From: Tubiluchus corallicola
Lineage: Eukaryota > Animalia > Priapulida
NCBI GenBank assembly: GCA_030141605.1
Contig: JAQGDQ010000198.1
Location: 62,001-126,000, forward strand
Length of the DNA: 64,000 nucleotides
Reading direction: 5' to 3'
In this document: positions 1 to 21,200 of the stretch, piece after piece
How the letters are laid out: the number at the start of each line of letters is the position of its first letter
Numbering within the stretch: position 1 is the first letter of the stretch
Notes under the pieces: generated by a model
Told to the model about the DNA's origin: nothing
Database searches by the model: none
The model's input: the letters and a program-made list of their open reading frames with translations, nothing else
Translations under genes and position numbers: made by a program

Positions 1-1021
1 GAGAGATCCAAGGTTTAGCTATAGTTTTTGAATTTTTACTTGATAATTTTGTTTACCATATTCGACGAGTAGTGTTTTTAATGAATCCATGAATTGTGAG
101 CAGTAAGAGTGTATGTTTGCTTCGACATCATTCAGTGTTAGGTTACTTATATTAACTTGAAGCTTGCTTATAATGTATGGTAAAGCTGAAATAAGCATAC
201 AGCGAGAAAATCAAACTGAAATAACACTATAAACAATGAAACAGATTGTTTTGTGTGTAGTATTATAATAATTGGCAAAAACAAAAGCAAAAAACAAAAT
301 CATAAACAAAGCAGCGACAAAATATCATTGTTGTTTAAGCATAGAAAGCAAGAGCTTGCAACCTGGAAGAAGATGCATCGTCAAGGTACGTCCTGCCGCA
401 GTACATGGCGACCACCAAAAAGTCAAATGCGCATGAAGTTACCATGTAGTATTTAATTGTAAAACTATAATAGCACAAAGCTTCACGGTGTCAAAGTGAA
501 GAACTTTTTAGTAAATCACTGTTAGGGGTGAGCATCGAACTTTCGAGTTTTTTTATGGACTTAAAATTCTAAACTTGAATAATTCAGCTCTTCAACTACA
601 TACACCCTTTATCATTAAAATGTTTGAAATATCATGCAATCAGCACAGTTTAGCTGTGCGATTTTTGTACACAATTTTTAAACAAGTTAAATAATAATAA
701 TAATTAGTGTTTTTACTGTAGAACATAATCAAGCGATGTGCATGATTTTGTGAGATCGCTGCTATATTAGTTACATTAGCAAGAAAGTGAGATTTATTTT
801 CTAGAAACTACTTTACACTCATAACGAGATTAATCAAAACTTTTTACAATGCATTGTAAAATTTTATATGTGGTATCTTAAGTAGAAGGAATTTAAAATC
901 CACTGTAAGTAAATGCAAGTCTTCCATAAAGCAAATTGTGGCAATTATTTGGCAACTGTAACATGTTTTATTTGCAGTACATCTGTCAGGAAAACTATTT
1001 GAATACTAAAAGGAAGAAAAC

Positions 1022-8043
<7,022 letters not shown>

Positions 8044-11000
8044 AACTACAGCGCTTATTATTCGCTTGCTAACGAGGAAAGGGATGGCTGTTCCATGAGT
8101 AGGCAACATGAGCCTGAAATAGAATAAGATTGTAATTTTCCCTGGAGTAGGGAACAAAGTGCCTGCACTTTTACTTACATGGCATGATTACATTCCTTCT
8201 GCATAATTATAACTGAAATTGTAAATAGGTTAAAATTGGTGATGGGGAAAACGAATTGTTAAAATAAAAATAACAGCTAGCACCCACTTAAGCACAGACA
8301 TGTCTTTGCCTAAATGATTGCTGGCTGTTATGTTTAAGTTGACAGTTGTTTTTATTCTTGTGTATATTATAAGTTAATTAGGGTGTTCTGCTAATTGAAA
8401 ATGTTGCATTGCTATTCAAATTATGCTCCAAGATACAGCAATTGCAAACTTTAACTAGTGCTTGCTAACATTAACTAATACTTTAAAAGATGCCTGGTTA
8501 GTCATGTAAAAAGTAAAATGAATTTCAAAAATCACTGTTTTATGTGTGCATATGGTTATTTTAAAAATTACTGACAGATGAGGCTACAAGTTTGCTGATG
8601 GTTTCTATAATGTGATTTTTTGTTTCTGCTAATTCTGCCAGTCTGTTTAGCATTTTACTTTTTTAATTTTAATTCTGCCAGTCCATTTTTTAATTTTATT
8701 TGTAGAGTGAATTTGTTATTTTAGAGGTTATTTTCTCAGCATTACGATAACCAATCTTTTTCTGGTGCTTCTGCTGCACAGCTCAGTTTGCTTGATGTGG
8801 CGATGAAAAATAAGTAATATTTAATATGCCAGTAGGCTGTGCATTCTGCTGTGGTTAAAGAACTCAGACCTAAATGCTAAACGAAAGCCATTGTTCATGT
8901 ACAAGCACTGAAGGTGATCGAACCAATCACTTACTCGTTAAGGCCACACTTATCCACACTACCTACAGCCACTCACAATAGAAAACCTGACTAGGATTTC
9001 GGTCACTTATTTCATGCAGTTTTGCCATTTTATTGTTCTTTTTTCTTGTTAAAACATTTCAAATAATGTTAATGCAAATTGAGAGTGCATATCATGTGGT
9101 CTGCTTTTGTTAATTTTTTAGAAAGTTCGAAACAATATTTTTAAGAAGAACTATTATTTAAAAGTTTATGATATGTTTGTAAAACTCACATGAACATAGA
9201 TATTACACTCTGCACTGAATAGCTTATTAATATATGGCTGCAATGATAACAAATAAAATAATTTCATAATGTAACCTTGACCAAATAATGGTCTAGTTTG
9301 TCAGACTTTGGATTCCTCTCATCATAATGAGTTCCAAGTTTTTGTTTTGCCAGCAAAATCATATGTTGCTTAACAGTGAAATTTCTCTTCTAGGCTTTTT
9401 CTGTTAAGAATTAACTGATTTTATTATCTGATGATAGTTCATTGTGGTAAGGTATATTAGTATATTTTTATAATTATGTGTCACTGTTTGATGTAATCTT
9501 AGTAAACTACTGAGATATTTTTTATTCATGTAATTAGTATTGGGGTGTACATAGTTGTGAAGTTCTGTATAGTAGTACACTGTTGTTGTTTTGATTATTG
9601 TTATTAAACCAAAACGACTAGGAACTATTATTATTTATCACCTGTAATATGAATCATGTATATTTAACACACGTTTCTTCTGAAATAGTAAAATCCTTTG
9701 CTAAACATTATATTTTCTCTTTGCGATAATTTTTGAACGAGTTTACAACTAATACTGGCTTTTGACAGAATTACCCGAAACCGCTTCAAAATCAAACTAG
9801 TCCGAAATGCAAAGCATTTAGTTCCTGATCTGCAACGGCTTCGATTTGTGAATTACTACAACGGCAAAACACTTTTGTCCAAATATCAGCTTCCTAACTG
9901 CTCTACAAGCTGAGCTATAGTCGTTTTTCAAAACTAGTTACTCTAAAAGCCTTAGTAGAGCTTTCTCACGCATGCATGCACATTTTCCTCAAACGCATTT
10001 GTAAAATATACAAACTTCAGTAACATCCTATGTTTCGAAAGATGCCCTTCCGTCGGTTCCTAAGTCATTCAATAATTTTCTGCTATACTATACTATACTA
10101 TACTAGTGCTTTATTATACATTATATTAAAAATAAACCCCTCACCACGTCATCAAAGTTGTCAAAACAACAAAAACATTTGCATAATGCTGAAATTGCGT
10201 GAAATGAGAAACGGTAATAAATTCATCCACGAATGACCAATAATTCAAAATTATTTTTTCGTCGTTCACAAGTACAATTGACAAATTTACATTTAAGTTG
10301 TAGTGTGTGATGCACACAATTTGGTCTTGGAGCTGGTTTGACAGAGACCAACCTGCATGTGAAAATGCCGCTAAAATAATACATAAACAAAAAATGTGAC
10401 GTAACAAAAAATCTAGGCGAAAAGCTATGAAATGTACAAATCTGCAAAGAATGACTTAATGAAGATAAAAAAAGTAAAAATGTTTGTTAGAGGGCTGGGG
10501 CTGAATCTGTGGGAAAACAAGGAACGTGTGGTTACCATAAACTTGTGGCATGAATTTCTTATCAAGAGGTAAGGTGTTATAAAAAATAGGGGATTATTTA
10601 ATAGCTACAACATATTTTTGTTTTGCTACAACTTACATTCTGAAAGAGAATTGCTACATTTTGCATCATCAGTATTCACCTCGCTCCATGGTATTGGACC
10701 CATATAAGTATTGAATTGTTTTGCCAAATTTCTTTTGCATCGTCGTGTAATATATTCAGTATGTCTGGTACTATATTGCGCAATGTTCGCGCACTACAGA
10801 ATGCGCATATTGCCCAAACATTCTACCTAATCTTTGCTTTCTGCTCTTGAAAGGATGGTATTATTGCATGAACATTCTGCATGGACTTTGCTTATGCTCC
10901 TAAGATAATGGTAGTAAACTAACTGTTAACAAATACAAAATTTGCAGTTGTCGTAGCTCAAATTTTCGTGAAAAATTAGAACTTGGCACATTGGTACACC

Positions 11001-12232
11001 GCAAGCCAGTAACTAAAAGATGATTTTCAGGTTATTTTCTTGCTGCATTGAAACCTATACAGGTGGTACGTTGCTTTCCCGCTCATAGTACTAAAAGTGC
11101 AACTTTTCACATAAATTCTTTGCATCACTCAATCGCGTACAATTTTTACCTTGTTACAGAAGAAAATGCGGTATTGTGAATAGAGGTAGTAGTCCAGGGT
11201 TTGCACAATCGAGTCCTTGATTTCATTTACACGTTTCATGTAATATTCACGCGCTTTTATGCTATACAAAAATAAATAAACAAAGTTGGGTAACACATGT
11301 AGTAGTAACCCATGTAAGTTATCGTTTGCCAGAAACCATCTATCACGTAACCTACACTTTTTAAATTAAAATAAATAATGCGGATTCTCTTTTTGCTATG
11401 GGCCTACGCGACTTTTTCGTAATTATGTTGGATTTTTCTCTTCTCGGCTCTATGTAATCATTTGTTTAACTCATCAGCAGGCTCGCAATTGCATTGACTG
11501 GTAGACAAGGTGGTGACGTAAGGAATGAAAGCAACAATTCATGACAGATTGGCAACAAAAAAATCACTAAAGGACTGATTTGTTTGAATGATAGTGTCGC
11601 TGATATACAAAATCCGCGTGAATGAAGTCACTCTACAATAAGTGAAAGTGTCGACTGTGTGATCTATAAGTGGCAAAAGTTCAAAGATGCAGGTGAATGT
11701 TCATTTATATTGACATGCGCTGTGTCAATATTAGTACTAGATGGCTTCACCAGCTAGTGGACTTGCTACGCTTGCTTCTTCCATGACGCTTCTGCTCAGT
11801 TCCCACGCAAGCACATCGTTCTTTCACAGAAGTCGCTTAACAAAGTGTATGGCAACAACTAACTTAGTAGTAGACTATTTTGCTAATGTTATGCGTACTT
11901 CTGTCTAGATTATGCCAAATAAACTTGTTCAGTATCGCATTTTTCAGCATAAATGGCGAAGAGAATATTTTACTGTTTTTGTGCCAATAATTGTCTATTG
12001 GCAATGATTGAAAGACCCAACTTACGGAGGTTGGCTCTACATACATTACGATTGATTTAGAACTGAATATCTATGTGCCAAAGTAAGTTTCTTGTGCGCT
12101 GGCATAACCTGTTATTGTTGGACAGTTACAAGTTACCAAACATTATTTAGTGTTGCCCTAACTACTATACTTTCAAGATTAACTAAAATTAACAATGATA
12201 TAAGGTCAAACCAACCTCAACGGTTCCTCGCA

Positions 12233-15200
12233 ATGTCCGACGGGCATGTAGAAGAGATCATATCAAACAAGTGTTGTCTCATGTGTTCCAGGAAGGCCTT
12301 ACGCCAATGGTGTGACGACAGTAACCGAGCAGCAAGGGCTTTTATATGCGTGTTCATTGTAACCTGTACCGTGGCATCAGCCCTGGTGATATGTGGCTGC
12401 TTGGTAGTGAAACCCTACCTCATGTCACGCGATTATCAGCCAACCGAATGTCGGACACTGAACGTGACTTTCTGGCAACAATGGTGCTGTTTGCGAATAC
12501 TTGTACGATTCAGAGATTTGAACAATGAAAGACACCTAGCCTATATAATAGAAGATGAGTATTCGCTGCTGGATGGACATCATGCTGCTGTAAGTATGAC
12601 AGTGTACGAGCTTGTCAAATTTGTGCATAATACCTCCTTGATTTTACAAGCAATATTAAAATCAGAAAAGCCGGCCCTCCAGATAAAATCATGAGGTGTG
12701 AATGATATCAGGTGATGAAAGGTTCCAGTTAAATTAAAACCTTATTTTAAGTAAACAGCCTAACTCAATACAAATTATAGTTTACCAGCTTATCCAGATT
12801 GCCATAATCACTCCACTTCACTATCAATATTGGATTCTTATAAAATACATTTTATAAGCTTAAAATGATTGCTATTGTTTTATTACAAAACCCTGAAGCC
12901 AAAACCAGCAAGTACTTGTTATTACTATGTAGTCAACGGTCACGGTTTCATCACTTTCATATTTTCAAAGAGTAGTGACGAATAGCTAGTTTTAGCGTAA
13001 GGCGGATTTAAGCAGCTGGAACTGAACAAAATGTTTCATAACCATCAAAACTTTTTTCGAAAATTTTGAAAATTCAAAACGATGTCCATGAATTTAAAAA
13101 TTATGTGACTAGTGTCCCTTCCGTATCAATTCTCTTGTCGTTTGATACTTTGGTTCACACTTTTTAAATCATTAATTCGTACTGGCGTTCTGGAAACCCA
13201 GCGAAGCTGGAATTGCTTGACGTTGTAGGAATGAGAGCAATTATCACGGTAAAATGGGAATATACCACCATTTTAACTAAAATTATAGGCAAGTAATGTA
13301 TAATGAACTTGTCAAATTCAATCAGGCTTTGGTTTTAAAAGGCTAAAGTAAATATCACAAATACATACTTGCAACACACACTGCTCGTATTCTATTCCCT
13401 AACCGCTGAGCTACGCAAAAAATCCATTCTAATTTCCAGAATAATTTACCATAACCGTGTAAATCAACCATCGACCGCGTGCGTTATCAACCATGCAAAT
13501 TAAAACATTCATAATTTAGCACTATACCCTCGGGAAGTACCAAAAGTAATATTATTATATTTAGCGGGAAGCCATGCACACTCGCATGGTCACCAATAGA
13601 TTCTCAATTGCGCTGTTTTGATTTCTCTTGGCATGCTTACCGATAATAGTAGAACAATGCGGTGCACTTTCAACTTTATCCTTTTATCCAAATAAATCGC
13701 ATGAATTAATGGAATTCTGTCGAACATTGACTTCTTTAAAGTTGTCAAGCAGTATAGACTACGCTGTATTCCCAAATTTAATACAACGCAGGCACTGTGC
13801 ATGTTAACGAAATGCCGGTTTTGCAGTAGTCATCAAATTTTTTTTAGTGATGACGGCATAACATTCTCAAGCAGGTTTTTGATGCTTTACCTTAAGTAAA
13901 TCATAATATCCTGTTTATATGATCTGTGTTATACTCACACACGCGCGCGCACAAACACCCACACATATAAAGGCCTAAAAATTGCGGTTTAAATGATATC
14001 GGGGCGAATTCTAGGTTAGTTTAAACTTCATTTATTTAAAACTGATTTACAATAAAGATTACATCCGATGAAAGTATCTCCCGATGCAAGAGCTAAGTGC
14101 AAGGTGCTAATAAAAGAATAATGGACATCGCAGTTAAAGGAACACTTCATTTGATAAAACAATTGGCTCAGTTACAAAGTAGAGATAACGGACAGTATAT
14201 AAAGTTAATTAAAAAAGTTTAAACAAATTTTAAATTAAAACATTAAAACAACAACTGTAGTAACAAGAATACATTTACGAAACAACTTAGCTGACTAATC
14301 ATCTAATTGTAATTTTCTAAGGTATTGTAAATCGGGCGGTTGATTTAATAAGCTACTATAATAAGCTGTGGCAATATAGCAAGATTAATGGCCAGTTTTG
14401 AATTTTTCAAATGCATTTCTGTATAATACTGCAAACTTATAATTTTGTAAAGATTCATGTGTTACAATCTGGTGGGTGAGTAGGATATCTAATAATGCCG
14501 CTCTGGCTCTATCATACTTCAAGCATTCAAACAAGTAATAGCACGAATTTTCTCTAAAATTCGCCACAGCTACATTTGGAGGTCGTCAATAAAGTTTCTG
14601 TTAAAAACTCTCCTTTCAACTGAGAAAAATTTGCAATAAATCTTTTAGTTAATATTTTATTGGCCCGAGCATTATGGTATATTGAGAACATAATGTTTTG
14701 GTAGGAAAAATTCTACAAGGTAATAATTTTGCTTTTGAATGAATTTTAGGAACTACGTGTTCTTCAAATTCTTTTGGTAAAGAGTTCCAAAATTCCTACG
14801 CCTTTTTAAGAAAACTGTTATACAATTGTTTTGTGGGTTTTAAGTGAGAAGGATAACGGGTGGGATAATGCTCTACATGTCGACGAAAGTCATTTATTAT
14901 TTCAACTAAGTAATCTTCAAAAAAAATTTCTAGAGCACAGTTTGACCAAATTACAATCCCGTGTTCAATTACTGGTCTTACAAATGCTTTACGAAATTGT
15001 ACTAAGCTGTCTTGAATTTGAGCAAATAAAGTGAATGGAGTATTTTGTTGGCTTTTTGTTCAACAATGACTAATGTGGACGTTCCAATTAAGCGCGGAAT
15101 CGAATATTAATCCCAAATGTAGTTAATAATTTCAGCTTGAGCATTGCCGAAGACGAGATCATTTACTGCTGATGGCAGTCCTTTCCGCGAATATAAAATT

Positions 15201-18200
15201 GATTTTGAATTTTCGATATTTATTGGATGGAACACCCAATTTTGCTTATATCTTGATTTAAACTTTCACCACTTAAATGTATAATGTTAGTTAGACACAT
15301 TAAGATAGTACCATCTGCAAACAAGTGCATTACGTTTCCTAAGTTGTCGGCTATGTATTATACTCATACAGGCGCAGGCATGCACGCACACGCATATAGG
15401 CCTACATATTACGCCTGAAATGATATCGCGGTCAAATCGTAGATTATATTTACACAATGCTTAGCCATCTTTCTAGTCTGTATTTGCAGGCTTTTTGATA
15501 AGCCCAGAGTAAACTAACGTTTCTTTGTCGATATATCCACCGCTAAATGATGTCAGATGGCAATTTTACCATGCTTTCAGTTTACATTTTCTACACACAT
15601 CAAGTCAAGTTATGACAATAATAGTTGGAAAATACCCTATATGGAAAAGGAAAAAACAAAAAAACAATAGAAACTAAACGCTGAAAGAAGAGACAATTTT
15701 GGAGTACATACATGTATACATCGAATTTAAAGGTATTAGGAAAATCAAACTGCTGTCGAAATATTGTGTAAAGCTGTTACATTGAGAACAAGCTGAAATG
15801 AGATAACGTCCCAGAATGCAGTGTGCAACGTGAACCAAGCAAACAGTGAGGTTATGAACCGTGACTTTAAAGCAAAGCGCTCCCAAAAAGAAGATGAACA
15901 GAGACGCAAGTAAAAATACCTACTGCACATCCAATTCTGAGAGATAAAAGTGACACTGTTTAAACAGTTGGCTTGAGTTTAGGTATTCCACAGGGCTCCA
16001 CATTGCCTCCACTGTTATTTCTAGTTTATAAGTGGTCAGAAAGGTTGTCTATATGTTCGCCATTAAACGGTTTTGTTCAAAAAGTTCAAACAAACGTCTT
16101 CAAACTAATGGAAGAATGAGCGCTATAAATAAAAGATTGAACAAGTGGCTGCAGCAACGATGGCCGCGATGTTTATTCAGCGGCACATTCTTTTTTTGCT
16201 GTTGTTCTGCTAATCTATTAATCAAGCACATAGAGATCTTAGAATTTTTGTACCTCGTAACTTACAATAAATGCATACGTATATCTTTTGAAACTTCGCA
16301 ACAAATTTGTCTTGTAAAAGTTATTTGCAGGCTGCAATTTTCTAAAATACAAACGTTTTATCACGCCCAACAGACATAACAAAGTCTAGTTGAAAGTGAC
16401 TTTAAAAAACAAACGGTCTACACGCTTATTCAAGCCTGTACTGGCTAATAAACCCGGACGCTTAGATACTCGTGTTTCTCTCTAGTGTTTTACTTTTATG
16501 AAACAACTCATGTCTATCCTTTAAATATAGGGTGTCGCAAAAGTCACTATACATTTTACACTTTTTAACAAACAATTCAAAATATCTAAAAATCGATACG
16601 AGAAAACTAAAGCTTTAGGTCATTCTTTTTGTCTAGTTTTTTATTGAAGTCCAACTGCTATAACGATGACAGTAACGTTAGAAGTGACGTGCAACACCGG
16701 CTTGGCATGAGATTCTTTGGCCATCAATTGAAGTTCGGAAGAAATTCAGAGCACCATGTAGACCACACTATTCACAATGTAGTTGTTCAATAAGGTGCAG
16801 CACTTCCTCACCTCTCATAGGCTGTGAGAGGCCCGACTTGCCATTTTTTGTAATGTTCTGTAATTGGATTGGTCTGTAAAGGTTTTGAGGTCCCTGGAGA
16901 AGATAGCAAATATAGCTAAGTCTTCTAGTGCAGTATTTCTTTTCACATTTCCGTCTAATTTAGCTAAAAGAATTGTCCAAGGCTTTACTTGTTTGAACCA
17001 ATTTTCAAATATCTTGCTTTGTTTGTTAAAAATATAGAAAACATAAAGTGTACTGTGACTTCCGGAACAACCTGTATAAATATTGTATATGGCGAAAGTC
17101 TTGCTCCCGTCAGTATTGGCAGAACAGTTGAATATATTTTTGAGTTTAAACCTAGATGCAAAAAATCTCGAACCCGCCATTGAAGGTTTTGATCCCCCTC
17201 TCCCAATCTGGGACCTTTCGGAGCTAGTCCGCAGATTATTACGTATAATTTGGGTTTATGAAAGAAAAAATTGTGACTTCGGCAAAATGCGAAAAGAATA
17301 GCCAAAAATAGTTACGGCGTGCACATGCTGGACTTCGAAAATAAGCAAAGTTAGGCGCGACCATTTACAAACAGATGGTTACTTCAAAACTGTTTTAGCA
17401 TGAGAGAAACCATGCATAATCATCTGAACGTTAATAAGGCATCTTTGTCTGTTCAGTGTATTATTTACAAATATTGATTACCCTTGGTTTGATTAACCTT
17501 GGTCCGCCCACAGTTAACTGCATTAAGTGGGCACTGAGATTTACTCGTGGATCCCGGCTTGCAGTGTTCAGCTTATTATTCACAACTAGTACAGTACTGT
17601 TGTGTTTTAATAGCTTATTATTTGTGACACAAAACCCATTGGAGAAGCCATTATTATTTGAGTGCATAATCAGCTTTTTTAATTATGTTAATTTGCTGCG
17701 TGTGAAATGTTTGTGAAGCTTTCAATGCGGCTGCCGTCATAATGACAACACAGCGCTGATTATTATTCATATGTAGGTGATGTTGCTGCGAGCCATTATA
17801 ATCATACTGCTTTGTTCTTCGCCATCATGCCAGACCATGAGAGTAAGAGTCTAAGGTTTCGTCTACTTGCCTCAATATATAAAACAAATTTGATGAAATC
17901 GTTGATATTAATAAGTGGATCTGAAACTTGCTCATTTGTGCAAGAGCAGGATGATATTAGAGTGTCTATTTTAAAGTAACTGTTGCCTGGGGCGTACATA
18001 TTACTAAAGTTGCCTTGATGGTAATAGGTTTTAAAAAAATAACTAACTAAATAATAAAATGGCAATGTTTTTCGCGATATTCTTGGAGAATCACTCAACG
18101 ATTAAATTTGGATATAGTATTGTTTGCTTTTAGATCTATTTACATTTTGGATTGATTTTATTCTGTACCATTTACACTCTATTTGCACTCTACAGAGCAA

Positions 18201-21200
18201 AATAAATTCACAAATGGTCACGGAAATGCCTCATTCCTTGGCAAGCGTTCGAACTGCGTAACTCTCAAGTTTTGACCAAGTAAGGTGTCAAAACTCACCG
18301 GCGGACCGTCTGTCGGACTGAAAAATATGTTACTCGACGCTTTAGATCACGGAAGCACTTGCACTATTCCAGGTAATTTACAGTCACTTTAAAAAGTCTA
18401 CTGCGAATTGATTCACGTAGTTAGTATCGCATTCCTATTTGGCATCAGTTTATTAAAATTACAGCAGAAAAGTATACGTGTTGCGTTTGCTTATTAGTTG
18501 TTTAGTCCGTTACGTGTTTAGCCCCAGGTGAGAAAATCGTAATCCAGTCGCAGGCATATCTCAGTAGATTTGTTGACTAAATAGTTCATCTTCACGACTA
18601 TTAATAACAACAACAAAAATTTGACATTTATTTTTTCAGTATCGAAATTTCGTTTTATAGTTAGAATTTGACTGGCTTCACTAGAAAACCGCATGTCCGC
18701 AATGACAAACATGGATGTAACCATCAGAAACGTTATTTCTCGTTATTTCAACAATTCAGCACTTGAGTATCGTGCTTTCGACGGCACATCGTTGCAAAAA
18801 TTCTCCTCATCTAAACTTCGGAAGCCGATAAATTCACTTGTAATGATGGCATTCCTGCAAAGCTATTGTTGAGAACACAAAATGAGCAACGTTTATTTCT
18901 AAATTGATCTCTAATGAGATTCTTTTCCTTCCCAAGAGACAAATGCCTCCCATTCAAAATTCTACGGCAAAAGACTTTCATAAATGTTTTGTGTCTTTCT
19001 TAATTGTTCATTCCACGAATGTTCAGCGTTAGAGAAGTATTTGTGTAGACATGTTTCCTGTCTAGTCGCGTTTATTGTCTATTTCAAGGCCAAGAAAGGA
19101 CGCCTTCGTTAAAAATGAGCAAAAATGCCCTAAGAACTTTTAAAGGGTAAAATTTTCATTTATTTATAAATTTTCACCTGCTGCTCTTTGTGCCACAGTC
19201 TGATGTTACAAATGTTGTACTTAGGTCTCTTAAATTATTTAGAGACAGGCGGTGATCACTATGTCTGCTTACATACAAACGTTAAGGTGCACGTAGCCTG
19301 GTTAGCAAATAGACAAAAGGTCACTGAAAGGACTGCTTCTGGACAGTTTTATCTGCCACATTACTTGTGGTTACTTCTCTTGTTTTGGGATGATGTCTAA
19401 ACGTGATGGGAGTGTATCAAGGGGAATTAATCTTGATAATTGGATGCCGTACTTCCGTACACATTCATTACCATCTTTTTTATATTATTCGACACACTAC
19501 AAATCGAAATCTAACACTGATGTTTGTTTGTGGCTAGGTTGGCACCTGACTCCTTGTCAACGTTAATCTTCTAAGATGAGCACTGTACCAGTAGATGTAG
19601 CTTAGCCACGTTCCTATTTATATATATATTCATCTTCCCTCAAAAAGGTTAGCATCCAAAAAGGTAAGACAAATTAAGCCGCTAAGATAGCATATTCAAC
19701 ATAACGATCACAAGCCATTCACTGACAGTCCCGTTGCCTTGATTTGGGTACTTGGAACGAAACACAATTGTAGTGACCACTGAACTATTCAACCCGCCCC
19801 ATGAATTTGAATATAGTAGATCCTAGCGGGAGCTATCCCCTCCAAACCCTCCAAGGGAGAAATTGAAATTCGGGCTACGTTACACCCTTGATTTGCGTTA
19901 CGTGAAAACCGCCTTCAGTTTTACAAAGAAATGGCAGAGAAGCTGCACTTAAAAAGTTTCGGAGGTTACCTCCAAAAGTACCCCCGAAATGTAGAAAGCC
20001 GCGAAGAACTCTTTTTTTGATGTGTCGGTAGTTCCCCAGTGTACACGCCTACCACAATTTATCATGATCCAATCGCTCATTACAAAGCTTTAACACTTTC
20101 TAAAAGCTGTGTACTATAATAACAACAAGAACTCGAGTAAGTATTTGACATCGTTCCTACGCCGGTTCAAAAGAAATTTTAACAGAAACTAAGACATGCA
20201 GACTAAACACTTATGTTATTCTATATGTTTTTATCCTGGACGGTTAATGACAACTTTTAGTTTCGTAAAAGCACTAGTTACCGGTTAATGGAATTCATTT
20301 TCAGTATGATTACAGTGACAGGTTCGGGGCATTCTCCGCGCAAATTATGCAGTTGTTTACAGAAAAGTAATAACATGCATAGAAGCAATATAATTAACAG
20401 TAACATTAGGCCTGCTATCATTTTCCAAATATGTTACCACCCTACTTTAAGTCTATTTCCTGTTATTCAGTATGACAAATAAATGCATTAATGCAAAGAG
20501 GGGTGCATTTAAATTATTGCTTAGATCCATGTTTATTTTGTCAGCTGTATGGGGTTTCGTATTTCAACTATGCGACTGATATGGGTGAAATTATTTATCG
20601 ACTCATGAAAATAAACGTGGCAGTCGTATGCTTTCTGATTTTGACCAGATTCGATATCGTGAATCACAGATCCATAATTTTAATATAAATTGATTGATCG
20701 CCTCATCAGCTTATCTTAGAGTTTTAATTTTAATTTTATAAATTAATCCCCGCAGTTAGTAAAATTAAAGTTTGTGAGAAAGCATACGAGTGGTAACCCA
20801 CTACTTGTTTATTGTAGCGCCGTGTTTGTAGGAAAATGTTATTAAATCCCTAAAAAGAATAGGACAAGTGTTGTAGTACTCAGTAGAAAGTACTCAGTGG
20901 AAGGATAATTACTATAGAAGTCTTTTGATATTAATGAAGTCAGTCTCAAAGGCATCGCTGCCTGGTGGATTGCAGTTACATTTTTTCATACTGAAACTTT
21001 TAGAAAACGATTAGCAGTCAAGAAAAGAGATTTGTCCTTCAGCACATTGCAGTTTTTAATATCCAGTTGGGTTTTAAATACTCATCAGTCTTACTCAGAA
21101 ATGTATAAAGGCAGTACCAACAGAATACTTCAGTAATTACACTGTTCGAGTTCTCTGTTTGGCCTCAGAATGGCTCATACGAGAGCAAGAATCTCAAACC

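Noticed and set aside
17802-18098. 98-aa minus-strand ORF in the KCNMB intron
   Set aside because: No motif or splice support; likely decayed repeat or chance ORF.
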